This document shows positions 1 to 6,274 of a stretch of 14,310 nucleotides of DNA, in pieces. The notes below the pieces were generated by a model. The model saw only the letters and a list, made by a program, of their open reading frames with translations, was not told the origin of the DNA and did not search any database. Numbering within the stretch: the stretch's first letter is position 1; every line of letters begins with the position of its first letter. The position numbers and the translations under genes were made by a program. The stretch spans positions 1-14,310 of IMG/VR virus record IMGVR_UViG_3300025738_000082. One strand, written 5' to 3'. Source of the DNA: a virus.

Positions 1-1290
1 TTCCCATTCGGACGGAGTGATATGGCAAAGAAAATCGGCTTTGTCCTCTTCTTGTTTTAAAATTTCTTCGTCAGATATATCAGCATCTAAATCAAAATAT
101 TTTCTTAAACCTTTCGACCATCTAATCAAGTTAACCCCCTGCATTGCTCTAGCATAAAATAAAAATAAAATTCTGTTATCTGTGCGCTCTTCTTTAGTTT
201 CGGCTTCAGTTGCATCACTCAATAAATCCCATGGACTTTTAGAACCTTTACGACCTGTTTTTGTGTTGCCTTTGGTCATTTCGTCAGCCATATCCCAAGT
301 TACTTTTTTACCTGTAGCCGTTGTTAAAAATTCATCATCAGCCCCAAATTTAGAAATATATTCACCTGCAAAAGCACCGTTCTGAATATCCATCCCATAC
401 TCATTAGGACAAGCTAAACCCGACAATTTACAAGCACTTTTCCAACGAGTTAAAATTTTTGTCCATTCATCATGTTGAACTTTTGAAGGCTTACCAGATT
501 TAGTACGAGCCGTTAAAGGTAAAGGCTTTTTGCTAAAAATAATAATATGAAAATGAGGGTGCCAACCATTAGAACCATGACGGATTTCAAATGATCGTAT
601 GTTGCCAATAATGCCAAATTTTTCTTTGAATTTTTTAGCTGGACTTCCTCTCCAAAAACGCTGTAAAGCATCCGAAATTTTTACTTTTAAATCTTCTACT
701 TTATCACCTGAATGATGTGGAGCCGTAAGAGTCAACATAGAAATATTTAGCTTTTCTGCTCTAGCGATATTAAAAGCCATACGCATCTCATTCGATTTCC
801 GTTCTGAAATTTTAGCGGAACAAACGGGACATGTTCTAGAATTTGCACAATTCATCAAGCCAGAATAAAAAGCCTTACCATTAGTTTTTGATTTTACAAT
901 TTGAGTTGTTACACCACTTCTAAAACGGGTACAGCTACAAGTCCTATGATGAACTTCATAGCCTTTTGCATTTACGCGAACGTCTGAGCCGTAGTAACCG
1001 AAAAGAATATTTCTCGCTGTATCTTGTAATTGATAACGGACTTGTCGAGCGAGATTGATTGCTTGCTTCTTTGGTAACACACCAACATTTTGTATTTCAC
1101 CTGTGGAGAAATCCGTAACAGAGAAACTTTTTGATGAGTTTGTTTCGAGGGGGGGGGTTCGTAACTTCGTAGCATTACCGAGAGCGCTCCGCGCTTCTCC
1201 TCCTTGCTCAGGCTTCGCCGTCGTCGTCGCTTGTACGCGCTTTTCTTGGGACTTATCTTGATTAACTGATACTTTATCAATATAATTCAT
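1..1290 (-). CDS. Rolling-circle replication initiator (HUH, pC194/Rep_1-like motifs). Partial: 430 N-terminal codons, 3' end beyond the window.
   Basis: ATG at 1290..1288. My hand translation of the first ~55 codons (MNYIDKVSVNQDKSQEKRVQATTTAKPEQGGEA...LRTPPLETNSS) parallels rep2. The DNA aligns with 7041..8318 with only a 12-nt in-frame insertion near the 5' end. The track lists no rep-frame fragment, consistent with an ORF open to the window edge. Confidence 0.85.
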   Translation of the reverse strand, partial: MNYIDKVSVNQDKSQEKRVQATTTAKPEQGGEARSALGNATKLRTPPLETNSSKSFSVTDFSTGEIQNVGVLPKKQAINLARQVRYQLQDTARNILFGYYGSDVRVNAKGYEVHHRTCSCTRFRSGVTTQIVKSKTNGKAFYSGLMNCANSRTCPVCSAKISERKSNEMRMAFNIARAEKLNISMLTLTAPHHSGDKVEDLKVKISDALQRFWRGSPAKKFKEKFGIIGNIRSFEIRHGSNGWHPHFHIIIFSKKPLPLTARTKSGKPSKVQHDEWTKILTRWKSACKLSGLACPNEYGMDIQNGAFAGEYISKFGADDEFLTTATGKKVTWDMADEMTKGNTKTGRKGSKSPWDLLSDATEAETKEERTDNRILFLFYARAMQGVNLIRWSKGLRKYFDLDADISDEEILKQEEDKADFLCHITPSEWE

Positions 1291-1339
1291 TTGTCTGCTC
1301 TATATCGTCGTGGTTGGTGATTTAAGGCAAAAAGACAAA

Positions 1340-1377
1340 GGGTTGAATGTTTTCGCGGACGTTCAACCCATTTTTTT
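1340..1377. terminator. GC-rich stem-loop with U-tracts on both sides. Bidirectional terminator or attenuator-like, about 50 nt upstream of the rep start.
   Basis: GGGTTGAATGT (1340-1350) pairs with ACGTTCAACCC (1359-1369), 11 bp including one G-U. It is followed by T7 on the plus strand and by TTTGTCTTTTTG on the minus strand. Identical copy at 8369..8398. Confidence 0.5.
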
Positions 1378-1604
1378 GCTCAAAATATAATAATGTATTT
1401 AAAGAACAAAGAGAAGTTTAGCAGGATGGCAAAGGTGAAAATTAAAAATCATTAGTCATTTTGTTTAACTACTGGTTATCAATTAACAGCATTCAGCCCT
1501 CTGATATATTTCTCGCTTAACTGTAAATACTCCCCAAAAATCGCAAGCTAATTTGCTAACTTGAAAACAAAAAAGTTTATATCTGCGATGCTTAAGAAAA
1601 GTAA

Positions 1605-1658
1605 TTGGTACCAAAAACAGTTCACCGGTTTCAATCCTGGAAACAAAAATGGTACCAC
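1605..1658. promoter_or_regulatory. Two GGTACC palindromes (1607-1612, 1651-1656), 44 bp apart. Candidate operator pair between the RHH gene and rep.
   Basis: TTGGTACCAA and ATGGTACCAC. Same pair with the same spacing in unit B (8636, 8680). A degenerate GGTACT lies at 1705-1710. Confidence 0.5.
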
Positions 1659-1708
1659 TAAATTTTACGGCCAACTCCGTTCGTCAGCCTATAGATTTTT
1701 TTTTGGTA

Positions 1709-1978
1709 CTAATCTATAAAAACTGGATTTCTCATAGCAAAATTATGAATTATCGTTTCTGCTTCAGATTTAGCTAACAAAGAATCTTGTAACTCATTAA
1801 CCTCTGCATTTAAATCTTCATGTTTAGATTTCAATAAATCATATCTTTGTTCTAAATCGGCAAACCTTAAAATAACCTGCAAAGCCGCACCACTAGAAGT
1901 TCCAACATTAAAGCGAGATTTTAACTTTTCTATTTCTTCTAAAAACTCTTCTGTATCATTATTAATTTTAACTAACAT
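1709..1978 (-). CDS. Ribbon-helix-helix-like DNA-binding protein with a C-terminal coiled-coil (89 aa). Putative phage regulator.
   Basis: The N-terminus MLVKINNDTEEFLEEIEKLKSRFNVGTSSGAALQVILRF fits a beta-strand, helix, G-x-S loop, helix pattern as in Arc or CopG. The heptad-like C-terminus is shared with unit B (NAEVNELQDSLLAKSEAETIIHNF identical). It has its own promoter and a GGGT RBS. Confidence 0.6.
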   Translation of the reverse strand: MLVKINNDTEEFLEEIEKLKSRFNVGTSSGAALQVILRFADLEQRYDLLKSKHEDLNAEVNELQDSLLAKSEAETIIHNFAMRNPVFID

Positions 1979-2001
1979 AATTTAACCCTTTAATTGATTA
2001 T

Positions 2002-2096
2002 CTGGTACCATTTTAACAGATGCGAACCACAAGTAAAGTTAATTCGGTACCAAAATATCAATTATTTTCCCCCAGGTTATTTTTAATTAGTACCAA
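2002..2096. promoter_or_regulatory. Three phased (T)GGTACC-type palindromes upstream of and overlapping the RHH gene promoter.
   Basis: GGTACC at 2004-2009 and 2046-2051, and AGTACC at 2089-2094. Spacings are 42 and 43 bp. Same layout in unit B. Confidence 0.55.
2004..2037 (-). promoter_or_regulatory. Sigma70-type promoter of the 89-aa RHH gene, with a GGTACC palindrome abutting the -10.
   Basis: On the minus strand: TTTACT (2037-2032), 16-nt spacer, TGtTAAAAT (extended -10; -10 at 2015-2010), then GGTACC immediately after. The unit B equivalent is TTTACA-17-TAAAAT. Confidence 0.5.
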
Positions 2097-2220
2097 AACG
2101 TAAAGCTCTAGCCGTATCAAGAGCATTATCAACACCGATAAAAAACCCCATACAAATACAAACAGCACAGGCAACAAAAATTAATAAATTATCTTTATTA
2201 TCACTCAGAAATTTCTTCAT
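2083..2220 (-). CDS. Small single-pass membrane protein (45 aa), overlapping the zot 3' end.
   Basis: Hand translation: MKKFLSDNKDNLLIFVACAVCICMGFFIGVDNALDTARALRFGTN. A positionally equivalent 42-aa ORF with the same architecture (polar N-terminus plus one TM helix) exists in unit B. It falls below the track length cutoff. Confidence 0.45.
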   Translation of the reverse strand: MKKFLSDNKDNLLIFVACAVCICMGFFIGVDNALDTARALRFGTN

Positions 2221-3550
2221 TATTACTTTCCTTATCATTTAAAAAAGAGGGTGAAACGTCACGTTCAGGTTTCTCATATTTAACTGGAGCAAAAAAAACT
2301 AAACGTGAATTAACACCATCAGACAAACTAACTACAGAATCACTTTTAAAAGAAATCCTATAACCCATAACAACCAAATCAGAACTATTAACCGAAAATT
2401 CATCTGTACCAATATGGACAGAAAAAACATATTCAGCCGTAACCCTTTTACCTAATCTATAAATTTTATTGATACCCGTTAGATAAATAGCATCAGCGCT
2501 ATAGGGCAAAGTTAAAGAACCAACATCCTCAAACAAAGTCTTAGGAGTGACACGACCAACAGGAGAATGAATATCTTTTTGAATATCTTTAGGAGGAACT
2601 TTAAAACCGTTTTGAGATGTTTTATCAAAAACGGGAATGGAGGCAATTTTATTATTTTCGATGTGACTAGTGCGAAAGAAGAATATATAAATAATAAAAA
2701 CGACACAGGCAACAAAAACACCCGCACCAAGTATGATAGATAAAGTAATGGGACTGCCACCCGCTCCAGATTTTGTGTTTTGTCCGGTTGCTGTTGATTT
2801 GTAGATTTTGAATACATCAAGAGGAATTTTCCTATTAGTAACAATGTCGCCTTTTTTCGTTACGGTACCGTTACCACTGGGTAAATGTTCCAAAACTTTA
2901 GGACGTCTTTTAAAATACGGAAAGGGAGCGGAATCCTTTGAAGTATGAGCAAATGCCGCCTCACAAACCGAACGAATAAATCCAGAAACTTCTTTAATAT
3001 CAGGAGTAGCTAAAACAATATCCCAATTATAATGACGGTGACGCATAAACGACTCGCGCAATGTAGGTGGGTATTTTATGTAGTCTCGGTCATCAAAAAT
3101 ACTTAAACCAATATCATCTTCAAACTCTGAAATATCGACCAAAGATTTTATTAATTTTTGTTTTTCATGGTAAAGCGCTTTAACCTCTGGAGGCAATTTA
3201 TCATCCCAAAACCCCTCTGATTTATAATCATAATCAGTAGCTTTAAAACTACGATCATTTGGATAAATATCTTGTATTTCATCAATAAAAATAAAAGCGC
3301 CAATTGGCAACCAATGAAAAAAATTACGTATCAATTCACGACCTAAATCGTTATTTGAAGAGATACGAACTAAACGAGCTGAAGCAGGAAAAACAATATT
3401 CAATTCTCTTGAGATTTCTTCAATCGTCTTTACACCTTGTAAGTTAGTTACGACTAAACGACCAGCCACTAAAGCAGGAAGTAATTCAAACCAACAAACG
3501 GTAGACGATTTATAAGAACCCGGAGCACCATGGAATATTTTCGTAGCCAT
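2201..3550 (-). CDS. zot: Zot / pI-family phage assembly ATPase (449 aa).
   Basis: The N-terminus IFHGAPGSYKSSTVCWFELLPAL (Walker A), FIFIDEIQDIYP (Walker B) and FMRHRHYNWDIVLATPDIKEV follow the Vibrio cholerae Zot sequence as I remember it. It has a central TM helix (ITLSIILGAGVFVACVVFIIYIFFF) and a C-terminal periplasmic domain. Confidence 0.9.
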   Translation of the reverse strand: MATKIFHGAPGSYKSSTVCWFELLPALVAGRLVVTNLQGVKTIEEISRELNIVFPASARLVRISSNNDLGRELIRNFFHWLPIGAFIFIDEIQDIYPNDRSFKATDYDYKSEGFWDDKLPPEVKALYHEKQKLIKSLVDISEFEDDIGLSIFDDRDYIKYPPTLRESFMRHRHYNWDIVLATPDIKEVSGFIRSVCEAAFAHTSKDSAPFPYFKRRPKVLEHLPSGNGTVTKKGDIVTNRKIPLDVFKIYKSTATGQNTKSGAGGSPITLSIILGAGVFVACVVFIIYIFFFRTSHIENNKIASIPVFDKTSQNGFKVPPKDIQKDIHSPVGRVTPKTLFEDVGSLTLPYSADAIYLTGINKIYRLGKRVTAEYVFSVHIGTDEFSVNSSDLVVMGYRISFKSDSVVSLSDGVNSRLVFFAPVKYEKPERDVSPSFLNDKESNNEEISE

Positions 3551-3554
3551 TAGA

Positions 3555-3944
3555 TCACCATTTCATAAAATCAAGAATGTAACGAGTAACAAACGCTTCC
3601 ATAATCAAAGTGAAAGCATCAAAAAAACGAACGTCTATAAGTGTCTGAACTATGTCAGAATCAAGGGAACCAATTGAAGTTTGAATGACATCAACCAAAG
3701 ATAAATTATCAATAAAAGTTGAAGCTATAGTGTAAGCAAACTGACTAAAGAAAATCATTGAAGTAACTTTTGCCAATATAATATATTGCAATAACCACGT
3801 TAAAAAATTCTTTAGAAAAAGCGGAATATCAATTGTTAAATATTCCCACATCGAGCCAAAAAAACTTGCTACAGAATCAGTAAAACCACCTGCAAATGAA
3901 CTGCTAGAAAAGAGCAGCACAAAAATAATAAATAAAATTCTCAT
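3555..3944 (-). CDS. pVI-like minor virion or membrane protein (129 aa from the internal ATG).
   Basis: It lies between the pIII-like and zot genes, as gVI or ace does. It is hydrophobic with multiple TM segments and homologous to unit B 10616..11029. The ATG at 3944 overlaps the pIII stop (TAATG). The upstream part of the track ORF lies inside pIII and has no counterpart in unit B. Confidence 0.6.
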   Translation of the reverse strand: MRILFIIFVLLFSSSSFAGGFTDSVASFFGSMWEYLTIDIPLFLKNFLTWLLQYIILAKVTSMIFFSQFAYTIASTFIDNLSLVDVIQTSIGSLDSDIVQTLIDVRFFDAFTLIMEAFVTRYILDFMKW

Positions 3945-5350
3945 TACATACGCCCTTGAAAAATTATTGATAAGGAAATTAAAGAAGCGAGTGCATACAA
4001 AATCGCACCGATAGAAGCAAAATACTGAGAGAACCGCGACCATGAAATATCATAAGTCCCCTGAGATAAAACAAGATTCGTTTGCTGATAACCACTACCC
4101 GTAACAGTCAAATTAAATTTAGCCATTAAACTAGTTTTATAAGAATTTATATTTTCCTTTAAAGTAATTTCAGCCCCTGCAATTTTTGTGTTTACCTCGG
4201 TTTGGTCAAGAAACGAAGTGATAAAAGAACCTGAGCCGTAACGCGTCAAAGTTCCTGCTCCAGTATTTTCAAGTGAATTAGATTCGATAGCCGCAACAAT
4301 ATTTTCAGAATTAGTAGTTCCTGAAGCCGCACTATTATTAATTGAATTAATCATTCCAGAATCATCAAAACTACCACCAGTGGAACCACCACCAGAGCTA
4401 CTTTGAATAGCGCTTATAACTTCGTCTAATTTGGAAATTGAATTAGTAGAATTAACAGCATCAACAACAGCATTTTTAGCAACAATGGTTTGTTCAGCGT
4501 TTGAATTTCTAAGGTTGATAACCTCGTTTATTAACACATCACCTTGAGTCGTTGTAATACCATCGTTTCCAGTTCCATCAGCCGTTGTTGTTCCATCAGC
4601 TACATAAGGAATATCGGTTGTACTTGTAGGTGTGTAAGCATCACCACAACCAAAAACACAATTTGGGTCAGCAGTATCAGCAACATCACAATCAGCTAAA
4701 TCATTTGGATCGGCAGGATTACATAAACCATCAGGAGCATTAGCAAGTGAGCCGTTTTTATCTCCAGTTGTACCGTCATTACATATAAAATCACAGGATA
4801 AAGTTGAATCACCATTATCAGTAAAATTTGAAGATGTTAAACCATTATGTGAGAAACATTGGTTTTGAGCCATAGTGGTACATTCTTCATTGTTGGCTAT
4901 TGGTTCGGGCTCAGGAGGTGAGCCACATTCGTAAGTATAATCACCACTATTTTCAGGAGTCCATGAAAAATCTTTTAGGTCGACATTAGCAGATTCACAT
5001 TTGTCTTGAGCGATCTCTTGGCAATCATCAAAGTTACAACCTGCCGAACCACCATAATTAAAAGTTATTGTTTTTCTATGGGTACCATTTGAACCAATAA
5101 GAACGGCAATTTTCCCATTTTGCCAAGTGGAAAGCTGAATATATTGATAGCCACTACAATAAGAAGAACCAGACATAACTGAAGTTACAGCCGCAAACAT
5201 TTCATCTTTCGTTCTAAATTTATGGTTCGTTAAAAGAGATTTATTATCTGGATACATTGAACAACTAGTATCAACACCAGTGCCAATTAAATAAGAAGCT
5301 GAAGAACTAAAACTGAAAAGGGTTATAAGCAATAAAAAAATATATTTCAT
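3944..5350 (-). CDS. pIII-like adsorption / minor coat protein (468 aa).
   Basis: Signal peptide MKYIFLLLITLFSFSSSA, Cys-rich N-terminal domains, Gly/Ser/Thr/Asp-rich linkers (SSSGGGSTGGS) and a C-terminal membrane anchor (ASIGAILYALASLISLSIIF). It sits after the coat gene. Confidence 0.7.
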   Translation of the reverse strand: MKYIFLLLITLFSFSSSASYLIGTGVDTSCSMYPDNKSLLTNHKFRTKDEMFAAVTSVMSGSSYCSGYQYIQLSTWQNGKIAVLIGSNGTHRKTITFNYGGSAGCNFDDCQEIAQDKCESANVDLKDFSWTPENSGDYTYECGSPPEPEPIANNEECTTMAQNQCFSHNGLTSSNFTDNGDSTLSCDFICNDGTTGDKNGSLANAPDGLCNPADPNDLADCDVADTADPNCVFGCGDAYTPTSTTDIPYVADGTTTADGTGNDGITTTQGDVLINEVINLRNSNAEQTIVAKNAVVDAVNSTNSISKLDEVISAIQSSSGGGSTGGSFDDSGMINSINNSAASGTTNSENIVAAIESNSLENTGAGTLTRYGSGSFITSFLDQTEVNTKIAGAEITLKENINSYKTSLMAKFNLTVTGSGYQQTNLVLSQGTYDISWSRFSQYFASIGAILYALASLISLSIIFQGRM

Positions 5351-5362
5351 AAGTCACCAAGT

Positions 5363-5389
5363 AAAAAAAAAGCGCCCTATTAAGACGCT
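5363..5389 (-). terminator. Rho-independent terminator or attenuator between the coat gene and the pIII-like gene.
   Basis: Minus strand: AGCGTC-TTAATAG-GGCGCT (6 bp with one G-U) followed by T9. Unit B has a different stem sequence (AGTCTC/GAGGCT) at the same place, also followed by T9. Ff phages carry a terminator after gene VIII. Confidence 0.6.
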
Positions 5390-5460
5390 CTGATACCTGA
5401 TGTAAATCCTTCTATCATTGCGTAATAGAGGCAACAGGCAAACAAAATGGAAATGACCAT
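5380..5460 (-). CDS. 26-aa hydrophobic micro-ORF. Candidate pVII/pIX-type minor virion protein.
   Basis: MVISILFACCLYYAMIEGFTSGIRAS, versus VVLTVLIACTFYYCMVEGFSSGIRVS in unit B (12388..12468). The frame and length are conserved and the substitutions are conservative. It starts 3 nt after the coat stop. Confidence 0.5.
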   Translation of the reverse strand: MVISILFACCLYYAMIEGFTSGIRAS

Positions 5461-5463
5461 TTT

Positions 5464-5664
5464 TTACTTACGGAACCAACCAAGTACAGCATTTACACCG
5501 AAACCAAGGATAGCAATTGCAATTACAGCCGCAATTACAGCAGTTACGTTGCCAGTTCCTTCAGTTGAAGCAGTACCGATTTGAGTTGTTAAGTCAGCCG
5601 CATTAGCACCAACAGAAGCAACAAGAGTAGAACCGACTAAAACTAATTTTTGTGAAGTTTTCAT
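5464..5664 (-). CDS. pVIII-like major coat protein precursor (66 aa from ATG; the track ORF starts 12 nt upstream at TTG).
   Basis: Signal peptide ending ANA|AD. The mature peptide of about 44 aa has an acidic/polar N-terminus, a hydrophobic core (AVIAAVIAIAILGFGV) and a basic C-terminus (WFRK). Confidence 0.8.
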   Translation of the reverse strand: MKTSQKLVLVGSTLVASVGANAADLTTQIGTASTEGTGNVTAVIAAVIAIAILGFGVNAVLGWFRK

Positions 5665-5689
5665 ATTATTTTCCAAATTATTAAGAGTT

Positions 5690-5944
5690 TTATTTACCTA
5701 ACCAGCGCACAACGCGTCCGGCAAAGTGAGAAGTTAAAAAAGCTAAAATTAAAGCCGTTTCAACGATTGCAAAAACCTCAGTGTCAAACGCAAATAAGAC
5801 GCTTAAAAGTTCCTGCATTTGTTGCAATGAACCAGATTGTAAATTTACAAATTCAACCTGCGTCATTAAAACAAATTCGGTACATTCCGTTTCAGCCGCA
5901 ACTTTTAAAAAACCGCTACCATCAGCTACAGCACAAACAGACAT
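5690..5944 (-). CDS. Small membrane protein (84 aa), unknown function. Possibly a minor virion or assembly protein.
   Basis: The C-terminal TM helix plus basic tail (AIVETALILAFLTSHFAGRVVRWLGK) is conserved in unit B ORF 12696..13166. Tightly packed between the ssb-like and coat genes. Confidence 0.55.
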   Translation of the reverse strand: MSVCAVADGSGFLKVAAETECTEFVLMTQVEFVNLQSGSLQQMQELLSVLFAFDTEVFAIVETALILAFLTSHFAGRVVRWLGK

Positions 5945-5949
5945 TATTA

Positions 5950-6264
5950 TTAAGCCGCCTTTCTAGGTGAGAAACCGATTATTTCCATCGTTACGCCACC
6001 ACCTTTTACAGCCGTTTTTACATCAACATCAACAAGACCAGGAACTAAACCGGATGATGCTAAAGAACGAGCTAAAACGTTATCTTGTAAAACAGACATT
6101 TTTACTTTCGCATGTTGCTGTCCTACGTCGATACGATCACTAGATATTTCGTCAGCTACGTTTTCATCAAGAATAATTGCGCTTGCATAAACTATTTTTT
6201 CACCGCTATTAGAATCGACCATGTTGCCTGCACTAATGCGTAAAATATTCATTTGTACTTTCAT
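5950..6264 (-). CDS. Putative ssDNA-binding protein (gV position), 104 aa from the ATG at 6264.
   Basis: First gene of the structural operon. Its size and the beta-rich composition I judge by eye suit a gV-type protein. It matches unit B in length and closely in sequence (MKVQ...RISAGNMVD...IDVGQQHAKVKMSV). The GTG start in the track (6282) lies inside the leader repeats and has no counterpart in unit B. The function is inferred from position only. Confidence 0.5.
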   Translation of the reverse strand: MKVQMNILRISAGNMVDSNSGEKIVYASAIILDENVADEISSDRIDVGQQHAKVKMSVLQDNVLARSLASSGLVPGLVDVDVKTAVKGGGVTMEIIGFSPRKAA

Positions 6265-6274
6265 TTTTTTCCCC

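Larger units (their letters stand above)
1291..1708 (-). promoter_or_regulatory. Conserved intergenic region between the RHH gene and rep. Candidate rep promoter, replication origin or attachment region.
   Basis: About 420 nt of non-coding DNA, nearly identical to 8319..8692 even though the flanking structural genes diverge. Contains a GC hairpin, two GGTACC palindromes and a GTTTC-N7-GAAAC inverted repeat (about 1629..1645). Confidence 0.5.

Noticed and set aside
182-385. Plus-strand ORFs inside the rep genes (182..385, 1055..1261, 6807..7007, 7216..7425, 7639..7908).
   Set aside because: All lie antisense to the well-supported rep frame. They recur only because rep is repeated, and their products are low-complexity with no motifs. 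Treated as shadow ORFs.
1149-1157. The G9 tract as evidence that rep1 is a frameshifted pseudogene.
   Set aside because: Counting bases against rep2 shows the same total length across the tract (G9 versus G7+TG). The rep frame stays open through it, so as given the gene is intact.
972-1280. Minus-strand 102-aa ORF out of frame within the rep1 5' region.
   Set aside because: It overlaps the rep frame, which has clear homology to rep2. The equivalent frame is not open in rep2, and the R/K/S-rich product looks like off-frame translation.
1375-1404. AT-rich segment TTTGCTCAAAATATAATAATGTATTTAAAG (also about 8403..8432) as a possible XerCD dif-like attP.
   Set aside because: Only about 7/11 matches to the XerC arm of the dif consensus as I recall it (GGTGCGCATAA-TGTATA-TTATGTTAAAT). 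The XerD-arm-like ATGT..TTAAA needs a 2-3 nt insertion, which breaks the required spacing. It may equally be promoter DNA. It needs a proper dif profile search.
1483-1674. 63-aa minus-strand ORF (TTG start) in the conserved rep-proximal intergenic region.
   Set aside because: It has a non-ATG start and no RBS, and no ORF of track length is listed at the equivalent place in unit B despite high DNA identity. Conservation here is better explained by DNA elements.
2114-2125. CTTGATAC on the minus strand, resembling the pC194-family nick site CTTGATA.
   Set aside because: It lies inside the 45-aa ORF and is not present at the equivalent position in unit B. A 7-mer is expected by chance about once or twice in this much sequence.
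2512-2844. 110-aa and 131-aa (9527..9922) ORFs embedded in the +1 frame of both zot genes at the same relative position.
   Set aside because: Noteworthy because long off-frame ORFs are uncommon in AT-rich DNA and both are in the same relative frame. However, the products are L/I/K/F-rich low-complexity strings, and their similarity is only what the conserved zot frame would impose. No start context was seen. It would need Ribo-seq or codon-level selection analysis to revive.
3945-4043. N-terminal 33-codon extension of the pVI-like ORF in the track (start at 4043).
   Set aside because: The extension lies inside the pIII coding region and has no counterpart in unit B. The internal ATG at 3944 gives a signal-like N-terminus matching unit B and a typical stop/start overlap.
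5767-5970. Other antisense ORFs: 5767..5970, 5781..5966, 6358..6543, 8634..8822, 10824..11036, 11471..11668, 13550..13762.
   Set aside because: Each lies opposite a better-supported gene, lacks start signals and has an implausible composition. The extended 6332 GTG start of the plus-strand RHH ORF was likewise trimmed to the conserved ATG.
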